A stretch of 64,000 nucleotides of DNA from a virus (lineage: Duplodnaviria; Caudoviricetes), in IMG/VR virus record IMGVR_UViG_3300030376_004602, positions 1-64,000 of that record. One strand, 5' to 3'. A program made the translations under genes and the position numbers. The notes under the pieces are model-generated. The model saw only the letters and a list, made by a program, of their open reading frames with translations. It did no database searches and had not been told where the DNA came from. This document shows positions 44,715 to 54,213 of the stretch, piece after piece. The number at the start of each line of letters is the position of its first letter. Within the stretch, counting starts at the first letter, position 1.

Positions 44715-45167
44715 TTATCTACGATCTTGAGCACTTGTTCCATAATAGTAAGCAAAGATGTTACCGATAACAACTCCTTCGATCATACCCATAAGGTGAA
44801 CAAATAGGTCATTATCAGTAACGCCTTCTACATATACCACAGCATAAATTAGAAATACAAAAGATGCTAGGCCTATAAGACCTGTAATAAACATCATCCA
44901 GTCTTGCTTGCCTGCTTTCTTAACTTCTACCTCTCTCATACGGGCAGAGTCTCTATCAGCTACTTCTAGCTCATACATCTCTTTTACCATAGATTGGGCA
45001 GCAGCTCTGTCTTCAGAACTCAGGTCAGGAGTCTTGTCAATAATCTTTTTGACTATTCCAAGTGCACCTGCCTCTGGCAAAAAGTCTCCAACAGTATCTA
45101 AAATATCTGGAGCTTTGTCTTTTAGCCACTTACCTAGCTTTGTATCTTTAAATTTCTTCTTAGCCAT
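44715..45167 (-). CDS. holin-like membrane protein (3-TM holin type)
   Basis: DRDSARMRE motif, two C-terminal TM helices, ends YYYGTS. Confidence 0.7.
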   Translation of the reverse strand: MAKKKFKDTKLGKWLKDKAPDILDTVGDFLPEAGALGIVKKIIDKTPDLSSEDRAAAQSMVKEMYELEVADRDSARMREVEVKKAGKQDWMMFITGLIGLASFVFLIYAVVYVEGVTDNDLFVHLMGMIEGVVIGNIFAYYYGTSAQDRR

Positions 45168-45172
45168 AGACT

Positions 45173-45181
45173 ACAAAGTTA
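45173..45181 (-). promoter_or_regulatory. Bacteroidota -7 element TAACTTTGT upstream of the holin/LamG unit
   Basis: Identical 9-mer to the 2910 site; the G of TTTG is 6 nt before holin ATG 45167. Confidence 0.6.
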
Positions 45182-45865
45182 CCATAAAATGCGGTATTCT
45201 CCACCATTTGACTTCTCTAATATAGAATTAGCTTGGTCAAAGTTTGGACATTTCCAATCTATTTTCTTATAGCTAGCATATGCTGGATGCACAAACTCAA
45301 GAACATTGCAGTTCTTTATCAAAGGCTTGTACGCTTTAGCATGTCCACCCCATAGCATAAAGATGCAATCAGGTCTGTGCTCAGCTATAGTCTTCAACAC
45401 ACCTTCAGTAAACTTCTTCCAATACTTTGTATGAGAACCAGCTCGTCCTCTCTCTACAGTCAGAGCTGTATTAAGCATAAGCACTCCTTGCTCAGCCCAA
45501 GACTTCATAGACAGATCAAGCACAAAGTGAGAATGGCCAATAGCACCACTATGATGATAGTCCTCTATCTTTTTTAAAGATGGACTTACTTTTACATTAC
45601 TAGGACTCCAGGTATTAGCAAACGCTAGACCTGTAGCAGAACCATCGTGGTACGGGTCCTGACCTAGTATTACTACTCTTAGATCTTCCCAAGGGGTTTC
45701 TCTAAAAGCACGGAAAATATTCTTCTTACTTGGGTAGATAGTTTTCTGGGCCGACTCGCTCTTAATCTTATTAACAAGCTTATCAGCATACTCAGAAGAA
45801 AGAAGGTCAGCTAAAGCAGCTGACCATCCATCTCCGAGTTGTTTATTCCAAAACTCAGTTTTCAT
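45179..45865 (-). CDS. ung: uracil-DNA glycosylase, family 1
   Basis: VVILGQDPYH, GLAF, WAEQGVLMLNTALTV, MLWG, HP loop. Confidence 0.93.
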   Translation of the reverse strand: MKTEFWNKQLGDGWSAALADLLSSEYADKLVNKIKSESAQKTIYPSKKNIFRAFRETPWEDLRVVILGQDPYHDGSATGLAFANTWSPSNVKVSPSLKKIEDYHHSGAIGHSHFVLDLSMKSWAEQGVLMLNTALTVERGRAGSHTKYWKKFTEGVLKTIAEHRPDCIFMLWGGHAKAYKPLIKNCNVLEFVHPAYASYKKIDWKCPNFDQANSILEKSNGGEYRILW

Positions 45866-46446
45866 TCATTAAACATTTTATTAGGAGATAAAGAAGTAGC
45901 CTTGCTCTTAGCCCGTAAATAATCCTTCAAGTCTGGAGTTATTATATCATATCTGGGATTCCAGATAGACCATAACTCCTGCTCTTTAGATAGGCTAATA
46001 CCAAGATTTTTTTCTTTTAACTCTCTTAGTTTATCACTCTTTTTAAATACATGGTGTAGTACTCTGTTATCTTCCATAACTCCAAACTTAAAACAAGATC
46101 CTTTGGAGATAAGATCAAACGAAGAGTATTTACCCTGCTTAAAAGCTTCATAAGCATTCTTATATTTTTCATTAATACTAAAGACTTTAACACCAAAGAA
46201 AGTATCTACTATGTCGTAGCTGTTTACAAAGTTGTCTCTGTCTTCTAAGTACTTTTCAAATACATTAAAATGATTATCCTGCTTGTTACTATGTATAATA
46301 AATAGATGATCCTTCTTATACTTCATTACGTCTTCGTCGTACATATAAGCATTGATAAGTCTATTCTTAAACACTTCGGCAGGTATTTCTAACATTGGAA
46401 GAAGAAATACACTACAAGTATTTATATTACTATATTTCGAACTCAT
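45862..46446 (-). CDS. hypothetical protein
   Basis: 194-aa ORF overlapping both neighbours; no motif recognised. Confidence 0.75.
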   Translation of the reverse strand: MSSKYSNINTCSVFLLPMLEIPAEVFKNRLINAYMYDEDVMKYKKDHLFIIHSNKQDNHFNVFEKYLEDRDNFVNSYDIVDTFFGVKVFSINEKYKNAYEAFKQGKYSSFDLISKGSCFKFGVMEDNRVLHHVFKKSDKLRELKEKNLGISLSKEQELWSIWNPRYDIITPDLKDYLRAKSKATSLSPNKMFNE

Positions 46447-47365
46447 GGGTTTCTCCTGCTTCTATATAATCCATACTATGATCCCACTTATCATGTGTTG
46501 TATGATAAGCAAGAAGGTCAAAAGCATCGCTTACACCTTTGTAAGTTCTACCATTAACCTCAAAAGAATCGAAATTAGTTGGAATCGTATAAACTTCAGG
46601 AGAAAAGAATGTGTTTGAATCGAGAACAAGAAGCTGAGGGTCTAGTACAGTATAACCAGGTAAGCACTCTTCCATCAAAGCTATCGTGTAGAAAGCTAGC
46701 TGAAAGTCATAACGATACCTAAGTATTGAACTCTTGAAGCCTAGAAACTGGCTAGTAGTTTTAATATCGACTACCCGCATTGTCTTAGCCTCATGATCAA
46801 TATGTACAATATCTATCTCACCCTTACAGTTAAACCCTTTATAAAGAAAGGTAACAACATGTTTGAACTTATTATCCTTAGACAGATACTTAACCATACT
46901 AGGGTTTGATTCAACCATGATTGCAAGAGACTGAGCTTTATCATAGTCTTCCTGAGAGATAATAATTCTATCTCCAGTAGACGCAATAAAGTCTAGATAG
47001 TCAGAGCCCAATGCCTTAAGTTTATTGTAGGCAGTCTCTGCTTTCCACTTAGTCTGGTAGCCTGCTTCCATACGTATCTCATCTACAAGTGTAGCTTCAA
47101 TACTATCAAAGTCAGCAACTCCTCTAGCGGCATACAGTGCTTCAACAACCTCCTTGACTTTATCTGTAGGCATATCAACATCGCAGATAATATACTTATC
47201 ATCTATTTCTTCAGGACTCATTAACAAGACATCCTCTACAAACTGACCAAAAGTAAAATAGGACTTCTCCTCTCTTTCTTCTTGATGCATATACAACTTC
47301 GGATGTATAAGTATCTTCTTTAGGCGGGATTGATTAACCGCGTCTATCTTTCTATAATCACTCAT
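46430..47365 (-). CDS. PD-(D/E)xK exonuclease (RecB/Cas4-like)
   Basis: INQSRLK, KGEID...VVDIKTT, YDFQLAFY. Confidence 0.85.
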   Translation of the reverse strand: MSDYRKIDAVNQSRLKKILIHPKLYMHQEEREEKSYFTFGQFVEDVLLMSPEEIDDKYIICDVDMPTDKVKEVVEALYAARGVADFDSIEATLVDEIRMEAGYQTKWKAETAYNKLKALGSDYLDFIASTGDRIIISQEDYDKAQSLAIMVESNPSMVKYLSKDNKFKHVVTFLYKGFNCKGEIDIVHIDHEAKTMRVVDIKTTSQFLGFKSSILRYRYDFQLAFYTIALMEECLPGYTVLDPQLLVLDSNTFFSPEVYTIPTNFDSFEVNGRTYKGVSDAFDLLAYHTTHDKWDHSMDYIEAGETHEFEI

Positions 47366-47840
47366 CAGTGTTGTATTTTATTTCATAAACTAATTTTCTC
47401 TGCTCAAAATTCTTAACATAGTGAACAGAGTACGCCGTACTATTGAGATACTCTACAGTATCATCAGGCAGTACACCTGCCTTGACTAGACCGTCGTTCA
47501 AAGACTTTAACCATATGAACGCAAGGTTGTCAAGGTCCCAGTTGGGCTTATACCTATCATGGGGAGGTTTCCAAGTAATGTTTCCTTTAACCATTCTAAC
47601 AGATCCATAATTAATTGGGACATAGATTCGCAGATGCGTACCCACAGGAGCCGGAACTTCCAGCCCTGTAGGTATATGTGCATCTACAAAATCATGAATC
47701 TGTCGAATAGTCTTCTCTCGAACGAAATGATTAATGCCCGCATAAATCTTGTTGTAACCAAGCTTCATGCTTTTAGTCTTAGAAATCTTTACGTGAGAAG
47801 GAAACTTAGGAAGAACGATTTTAGTTTTCTTCCGAGCCAT
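47358..47840 (-). CDS. RusA-like Holliday junction resolvase (probable ATG 47840)
   Basis: WDLDNL...LNDGLVKAGVLPDD acidic motif of the RusA family. Confidence 0.7.
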   Translation of the reverse strand: MARKKTKIVLPKFPSHVKISKTKSMKLGYNKIYAGINHFVREKTIRQIHDFVDAHIPTGLEVPAPVGTHLRIYVPINYGSVRMVKGNITWKPPHDRYKPNWDLDNLAFIWLKSLNDGLVKAGVLPDDTVEYLNSTAYSVHYVKNFEQRKLVYEIKYNTDE

Positions 47841-49089
47841 ACAGACTATAAACTCTACCATCGGTGCGTCCCATCAACTCCTCCGGATCAATCTCAATAA
47901 TATTATTGAAGATAGATTGAATACTAGATTCGGTAATCTCGGTAGGAATTAGGTATTCATCGGAACATTCAGTAGTGTTTATATTCTTTAACATTGCCGC
48001 AATCTCGCTAGCAGTGATAGTCTGATAATCATGTTCGAAAGTTCTGGTTGGTACACCAATGATCTTTCCTTGATCGTCATACTTAGCTACACCAACAGCC
48101 ATGTATTCTTTGACACGCATTTTACCACGGTCAGCATAAGGAATAGCACGAACATTCATTGGGTTAACAAGACAGATCAAACCAGAATTACCAAAGTAGT
48201 TCTTAGTCAACCAGTTCTCACCAGCTACATGTAGACCTCTAGAACACTCATTACGAGGGTTGCTATCGATCTGAGACTCAGGTAAACTTACAGGCTTACC
48301 AAACTCAATATGAGTACGACGAGAGTAATGGTCAGTGTATACAACCTTTTGACCACTGTTCTCAAAGACATCTACAAGCTCAGCAACGTTACCAATAAAG
48401 GAACCGCCGTCTGTACCGCCTTCAGAGTATCCTGTATCCTCATCATGAACCTCGAACTTACCATCGTAATTACGAGAGATATTCATGTTGCTGATATCAA
48501 GACCCATACCTTTCCATACAGGTAGAGATGCATAGATAAAGTCATGAAGGTTGATGTCACTTACCATAGCATCTTTCTTGTCAGCGTTACGATAAACAAC
48601 CAAGTAACCTTTATCGGTTAGCTTGATACCATGCTTATCGCAGAACTCGAACAAACGATCTCTGGTATCTGGATTAGGGTTAAGACAAGCAAGGCTCCAG
48701 AACTTCATCAAAGCAGAAGTATCTTTCTCATTACCCTTACGAGCCATAAACTCTCGTACTACAGTTTCAGGCATTGCTATATCTATACCTCTAGCATAGA
48801 CACGATTGCCTTTGACTTCTAGATACTCATGACCATTCTGACGAATGTCTGTCATAAGTTCTACAATGTCTCGTTCTTCTTCGACCTTAGCATGTGCTTC
48901 AAGAGCCTGAGAGATTTGAGACTCAGCAGAGTAGCTGAATATTTCAGCTACTTCTACCAAGTTTAGATCCTCAGAGTCCTGTAATTTGCTAAGAGCAGAT
49001 TCAGTTTCTTCACCATTGGTGAAAGTCTTTTGGAAGGTAGTCCCTTCCACGACGGCAATCAAAGTATTGCCACTTCTAAAATACTGCAT
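47821..49089 (-). CDS. rIIB: rIIB-like protein
   Basis: NP.P..R..LF.F, IDSNPRNECSRGLHV, CLVNP..V.AIP...GKMRV..Y; directly downstream of rIIA. Confidence 0.8.
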   Translation of the reverse strand: MQYFRSGNTLIAVVEGTTFQKTFTNGEETESALSKLQDSEDLNLVEVAEIFSYSAESQISQALEAHAKVEEERDIVELMTDIRQNGHEYLEVKGNRVYARGIDIAMPETVVREFMARKGNEKDTSALMKFWSLACLNPNPDTRDRLFEFCDKHGIKLTDKGYLVVYRNADKKDAMVSDINLHDFIYASLPVWKGMGLDISNMNISRNYDGKFEVHDEDTGYSEGGTDGGSFIGNVAELVDVFENSGQKVVYTDHYSRRTHIEFGKPVSLPESQIDSNPRNECSRGLHVAGENWLTKNYFGNSGLICLVNPMNVRAIPYADRGKMRVKEYMAVGVAKYDDQGKIIGVPTRTFEHDYQTITASEIAAMLKNINTTECSDEYLIPTEITESSIQSIFNNIIEIDPEELMGRTDGRVYSLYGSEEN

Positions 49090-49093
49090 AGTA

Positions 49094-51328
49094 TTACAGA
49101 TTATTGATTAATAAATAAGATTTAATTTTACGATACTTAAGAGCCACAGGGCGATTTGGAAACATCCTACATGCAATGATTACTTTAGCATCAGTATTAT
49201 GTGCTCCTAGTCTATTACATGTATTCTCCAAAATAACATGATCCTTGTACCAAGACCTAAGAGCTGGAAACTTATCCATCTTCAGTTCCTTACCTTGAAG
49301 TTCAAAGATCTTAAGTAAGTGATCTATGAACTCTTTCGGCAACCTCCTCATATAGTCTCTAGAATATTTAGCATGTTGATGATACGGAATCTCACTAGGC
49401 TTCCTGAAGACAGAATGGATATTCCACAGATCCACTAATTTACCAAATTTACTGAAGAAAACAAAGGATTCAAGTATCTCATTTTCAGATAAATACCAGT
49501 TATTTAGGCTGATGATATTCTCATTCTGTTCCTCCAAGATCTCCATGACCTCAGCATCTTTTTTAGCTACCGAGATGAGCTTTATTCCAGCCCTAGCATG
49601 AAAGTTTTGGAGCATCCTATAGGTACACTTAAGAGCAAGATCGTCACTTCTAGTAGACCATATTACAAGATGCTTAGACTTGAGCTCATCTATCTTACTC
49701 TTTTCAAGGTCAGCAGTAACATGTATGTTTTCAAGCTGGCCCCAGCTAGTAGTCTCAGTCTCACGATAGTTCTTGTATCTGATCTCACCAGATCCTACAA
49801 CTACACGAGAAATACTAGCCTTAGCCTTCTTCTCAAAGTCATCAGGTACTTCGATCTCAGAATACTTGTAGTCAAAGAACAACTCAAAGTTCTCCTCTGC
49901 CCACTTCTGATGCCACTGTATCTGTTGTCTCCAAGTTGCCTTAGGAACAGCTTTGAGTTGTAACATATACTTGTAGTCAGCAAGCTTTAACTGATCACGG
50001 TTGTCTACAAATAAATCTGCATAGGGTGATATAAACTGAGAGATCCATCTGTTCTTTCTAGGATCAGAGGGCTCATCCATAAGGATTCTCTTCGTATGTT
50101 GATGACGACTTGTAGTAGTAGTCTTACGATACCTGTCAGCCACATTGTACCAGTTGCAAGATATGTTCCTACCATTCTGAAGCCTTCTAAGATTGGACAC
50201 AACTCTAGCAAACATGGAGCCTATAACAGTAGAACTATAATACTCTTTCTTCAAACACTTACTACTCAGATAAGGGTTAGGCCCATAAGTAATTCCAGAA
50301 ATATCTACCTGATTTGCTAAGAACTCGGGTAACACCAAAGAGTAAGAGTCGCTAAACCTTACTTGAACATTACCAGTCTTAGCATCGATATACGCTTGTA
50401 GATCATCTATCTCCTTAGTCTTAGGAGTAGCCAGGTCTATGAGCTCTTTCTCTGCTGCAGCAATCTTATTTCTAATCTTACTAACAGCATCATCAGTGTA
50501 ACGAATATCTTCACGAGTAAAGATTACAGGTAGATCCCCAATCTCAAATATAAGTGCTATAGGTATGTCTATCTCAGTCTTACCTATCGCTTCCCAGTTA
50601 ATAGGATAAGCTACATTGCCGATAACAAGATGCATAGCCTTCAAAGTACAGCTAGGCTTTACTTGAAAGTTTCTGCCCTTGTATACAACAAAGTCTTCGT
50701 TTAGTGAGTCAAGCTTACCGCCATAGTGCACATTGTCGAAGTAAGTCAGCTGTTGTTCAGTCTTACGAACAAACTTATCCTGCTCATCCCAGTTGTCTTT
50801 CAGGTAGATTTTAATCTGAGTACCATTACGCTTGTCTGTAGGATAGAAATCCATAAGAGCAAGGGTAGGAGCATCAGTAGTTTTGTGCAACATGTATCTG
50901 TACTCTGTTCCATCGAACCTAGTACGGATGTGCACAACATCAGTATAACCAAGACCAGACTTAGAGCCCATACCAAAGGCACCGATCTGATCATTAGTTT
51001 CTTCTTTAGTAGAAGTCAAATACTTCATGAAGATATTCTTGCACCTATCTTCCGATAGACCTACACCGAAATCTTCACAAGCCCAGTACCAACCAGACTG
51101 ATCTTCTTCTAAAGTAACATAAACAGGAGTGTTGACCCCAGCTTCTATGTGAGAGTCGAAGCAGTTGCTTACATACTCTCTAATCAAAGAGGCAATAGGA
51201 TCTCTGTACGGAGACTGTAGCAAGTCCCACATCTTGTGGAGTTTATCTTGCGCTAGTTCCGCTTTAATAGATGTCATCTGCATGTTCGTCTTTACGTCCA
51301 CTGCAGCTGACGAGGATTGTAGTTTCAT
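49094..51328 (-). CDS. rIIA: rIIA-like protein with N-terminal GHKL (Hsp90-like) ATPase
   Basis: IREYVSNCFDSH, EDFGVGLS, STK.ETNDQIG.FG.GSKS, NGT.I.I. Confidence 0.85.
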   Translation of the reverse strand: MKLQSSSAAVDVKTNMQMTSIKAELAQDKLHKMWDLLQSPYRDPIASLIREYVSNCFDSHIEAGVNTPVYVTLEEDQSGWYWACEDFGVGLSEDRCKNIFMKYLTSTKEETNDQIGAFGMGSKSGLGYTDVVHIRTRFDGTEYRYMLHKTTDAPTLALMDFYPTDKRNGTQIKIYLKDNWDEQDKFVRKTEQQLTYFDNVHYGGKLDSLNEDFVVYKGRNFQVKPSCTLKAMHLVIGNVAYPINWEAIGKTEIDIPIALIFEIGDLPVIFTREDIRYTDDAVSKIRNKIAAAEKELIDLATPKTKEIDDLQAYIDAKTGNVQVRFSDSYSLVLPEFLANQVDISGITYGPNPYLSSKCLKKEYYSSTVIGSMFARVVSNLRRLQNGRNISCNWYNVADRYRKTTTTSRHQHTKRILMDEPSDPRKNRWISQFISPYADLFVDNRDQLKLADYKYMLQLKAVPKATWRQQIQWHQKWAEENFELFFDYKYSEIEVPDDFEKKAKASISRVVVGSGEIRYKNYRETETTSWGQLENIHVTADLEKSKIDELKSKHLVIWSTRSDDLALKCTYRMLQNFHARAGIKLISVAKKDAEVMEILEEQNENIISLNNWYLSENEILESFVFFSKFGKLVDLWNIHSVFRKPSEIPYHQHAKYSRDYMRRLPKEFIDHLLKIFELQGKELKMDKFPALRSWYKDHVILENTCNRLGAHNTDAKVIIACRMFPNRPVALKYRKIKSYLLINNL

Positions 51329-52320
51329 ATCAGTAACTTTTGTAAAACACTATTAGCATTATACTTACCGTGTGTTTTAATCAGATCACTGAAATCCTTA
51401 GACTTGTAGTTGTCAGGTATTTCAATCTGAGTTAGATTAAACTCAGACGCTATCTTTTTACCTAAAGTTCTACCAGGGTTATTAGGATTATCAAAGTCAT
51501 TGTCGTATAGGACATAGACTTTATCAAACCTATCTTTTAATTGTTGAACGACATGTTGCTTAGGTTTCATAGCTTCGCCTTGTAGGGCTACAGCATTCAT
51601 ACCTGCAACATTTACGATACTCATTGTATCTTTTCTAGATGATGTGATGATCAAATGATCACCTGTCTCAGGGAGCTGAGACCAACCCTCCCATACGGAT
51701 TGGTTGTTATTACTTATCCATTTTCGTTCTTCACTAAAAGGCTGATAAATCTTGAAGGTCAAGACTTTGTCTTTGAGTTCACGGTAAACATACGAACAAT
51801 GGTCCGCCTTAACAGGATGACCATTGAAAAACATAAAATCAATAGGAGAAACCAAATATCTTTCAAGCGTTGGTTTATTAATTCCGAATTGCGTCCAAAA
51901 ATCTTTATCACGAGGCTTCCATTTACGAGTTCTTATTCCAATCTCTACCTGCTTTTTTTCTGGAACAGGTACTCTTTTGATGGAAGTTGCAATCTTTTTG
52001 AAATCAGCGCCTTGTCTGATTCCAAAATCTCTAGCTATCACTTGTAAAGCTCCGGTAAAATCGGTCCCCATAGACTGAGCTACAAGGGACCAAATGTTAC
52101 CATACTCGCCACTAGCAAAGTCTCTCCAATAAAGAAACCCTGTCCTCATCGTTACGCCGAACGACGGGACAGAGTCTTCTCTAAGTGGTGATTTATTTGC
52201 TACATCTAGCTGAAGTTTTGGAAAATAGTATTTAAGAATGTCATACTCTCCAACATGTCGGAGAATATCTTCTTTATATACTATAGGATCATACAGACTA
52301 CTGTTTAGATCAAATTCCAT
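51325..52320 (-). CDS. DNA primase (crAss-like, TOPRIM; zinc-finger ligands absent)
   Basis: SPLREDSVPSF, WRDF..GEYG, IITSSRKD, YDND; next to SSB and helicase genes. Confidence 0.85.
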   Translation of the reverse strand: MEFDLNSSLYDPIVYKEDILRHVGEYDILKYYFPKLQLDVANKSPLREDSVPSFGVTMRTGFLYWRDFASGEYGNIWSLVAQSMGTDFTGALQVIARDFGIRQGADFKKIATSIKRVPVPEKKQVEIGIRTRKWKPRDKDFWTQFGINKPTLERYLVSPIDFMFFNGHPVKADHCSYVYRELKDKVLTFKIYQPFSEERKWISNNNQSVWEGWSQLPETGDHLIITSSRKDTMSIVNVAGMNAVALQGEAMKPKQHVVQQLKDRFDKVYVLYDNDFDNPNNPGRTLGKKIASEFNLTQIEIPDNYKSKDFSDLIKTHGKYNANSVLQKLLI

Positions 52321-52325
52321 TGAGA

Positions 52326-52352
52326 CAAAAAAAGAGCCTAAGATAAGGCTCT
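52326..52352 (-). terminator. intrinsic terminator after the SSB gene
   Basis: AGAGCCT/AGGCTCT 7-bp stem, 6-nt loop, followed by a U-tract on the minus strand. Confidence 0.75.
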
Positions 52353-52359
52353 ATTTTGA

Positions 52360-52947
52360 TTAATCCCAATCGTCGTCATCTGATGTAGTAGACGTAGCTA
52401 CAGCACCAGATGTCTCTTCAGCAGCAGGGCGTTGGAAGTTTTCGATGTTACTATTACGTAGTCTAGTATCATCTTTAAGAACGCTCATTGGCTCGATGAA
52501 CGGCACAAAGTTACGAACACTTAGGTAGCGCTTCTCGTAACCATTAGTACCGTAGTTAGTCATTACACGAACTGGCATTGCTAGTCCAGTGTCTTTGACC
52601 ATCTTCATAACTCCGTCAAGGATAGCTTTCGGATTACCTGAAGGAAGCTGAGCATCATCACCACAGAAACAGTGGGCAATATGCTTAAGCTTTTTCAAGA
52701 AACGAATAATATTCTCGTCAGAGTCATCCTCTTTTGGATACCAGAAGGCCATGTTTACTTCTGCTCCGGCTGAATCAGCAAAGAAGATCTTGTAATCAGG
52801 AGCATTAGGATTCTCTTTATCGTCCTGCTTTGTACGCTCTAGTCGAGCCTTACAGTTATCAACTACACCAGCAACTCCATTGTTAAAGATTGCTGAATTT
52901 GAACCTGCATCATAAGATGCGTCGTTAAGATTGAATGTCTTAGCCAT
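52360..52947 (-). CDS. single-stranded DNA-binding protein (crAss-like)
   Basis: Acidic/aromatic tail DDDDWD; position between AAA ATPase and primase; strong terminator downstream. Confidence 0.65.
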   Translation of the reverse strand: MAKTFNLNDASYDAGSNSAIFNNGVAGVVDNCKARLERTKQDDKENPNAPDYKIFFADSAGAEVNMAFWYPKEDDSDENIIRFLKKLKHIAHCFCGDDAQLPSGNPKAILDGVMKMVKDTGLAMPVRVMTNYGTNGYEKRYLSVRNFVPFIEPMSVLKDDTRLRNSNIENFQRPAAEETSGAVATSTTSDDDDWD

Positions 52948-52966
52948 TCTTGTTAAAATTTAAGGA

Positions 52967-53500
52967 TTAATAATTATTAGATGTATAAGATACATCCGAC
53001 TCATTAGTTTGAGTATCTCCGTTAGAAGAGTACAAAGCTTCTTGAGGGATGTCTAAAATAGAAAGCTGATCTTCATTAGCCTTTTCTTCCAAACTAACTT
53101 GGATAGCTTTAGGATCATTGCTTAGCATATCTCCAAAGATAAAGTTGCTATCAGCAGTTTCATCTAAGTTGTATGTCTTTACAAAGTAAGCCCATAGCTT
53201 GCTGTCTCTCATAGTCAGACCGCCATATTCTTTCTTAGACTTGACAGTGTAAGCCTGACCCTTAGGTAGTTCCATACCAGTAGTATTAACTACAACTGGA
53301 GAAGACTTAGTAAAGTCAAAAGCAATACTGCCTCCGTCTTCCAAACCAAGGGACTCACATGCTTCAGCATTAAGAACCATTACTTTGCTAGTACGAGGAC
53401 CAGCATTCTTAAGTACTACAAGAGCTGGAGTACCTGTACAAAAATTAGTTGCAGCTGTTGATTTTCCCCGCTGCGAAGGGATTCCAAATGAAAACTCCAT
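52967..53500 (-). CDS. hypothetical protein
   Basis: 177-aa ORF with acidic tail in the replication operon. Confidence 0.7.
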   Translation of the reverse strand: MEFSFGIPSQRGKSTAATNFCTGTPALVVLKNAGPRTSKVMVLNAEACESLGLEDGGSIAFDFTKSSPVVVNTTGMELPKGQAYTVKSKKEYGGLTMRDSKLWAYFVKTYNLDETADSNFIFGDMLSNDPKAIQVSLEEKANEDQLSILDIPQEALYSSNGDTQTNESDVSYTSNNY

Positions 53501-53511
53501 TATTTAATTTA

Positions 53512-54213
53512 TTAGAGGTTATAGTATGTACGAATAGACTCATCAACTAGACCAAGGTCATTGGCGATAAAGTCGTCTTCGAATAATCCAATAGGACTTT
53601 TGCAGGTGTCTGCACCACTGTTAATAGTACGGAACCCAAACTTGATTCCTTGCCCAGCCATCTTAGAAGGCTCAGCATATAGAACAATAGAACTGAAAGA
53701 CTCAGGGACAAACTTCTTAAGTTGTTGACCTTGAACAGCAATACGTTCTTGAGGGAAACCATCCTCATCAAAGGTAGTCTCTGGGTGAGCAAAGAGGTAG
53801 ACAATGATATCATCTCTAAGCTTATCGTTTACAATGTTCAGTAGATCGTACTGAGCACCAGCAAACTCTGCCCACTTATCAAAACCAGAACGTTTGCGGA
53901 AACGAGTAGACATCACAGTGTCAGTCTGAAGACGAGACCAAGTATCGATAACAATACTCTTAACATTCTCCTTCTTATGACACGGCTTCAAGATGTTCTC
54001 GATAACCGCCAAGGTATCATTGGTTTTGTAATAGTTACCTTTATCCTCTCCATACATTTTTGTAAACCCAGGAGCAGGTAAAGGCTTTTGGTCCGTATTA
54101 ACAATCACAGTAGACTTAGGGTCAAGACCCTTGATACCTACTTGATCAATAGGACAAATAGAAGTAGACTTGCCGGAGCCAGATCTACCTACAACGTACA
54201 CTAGTGTAGCCAT
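53512..54213 (-). CDS. AAA ATPase (AAA_24 / Sak4-like)
   Basis: Walker A GRSGSGKS, IVIDT, LFAH, VPESF..VLY. Confidence 0.85.
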   Translation of the reverse strand: MATLVYVVGRSGSGKSTSICPIDQVGIKGLDPKSTVIVNTDQKPLPAPGFTKMYGEDKGNYYKTNDTLAVIENILKPCHKKENVKSIVIDTWSRLQTDTVMSTRFRKRSGFDKWAEFAGAQYDLLNIVNDKLRDDIIVYLFAHPETTFDEDGFPQERIAVQGQQLKKFVPESFSSIVLYAEPSKMAGQGIKFGFRTINSGADTCKSPIGLFEDDFIANDLGLVDESIRTYYNL

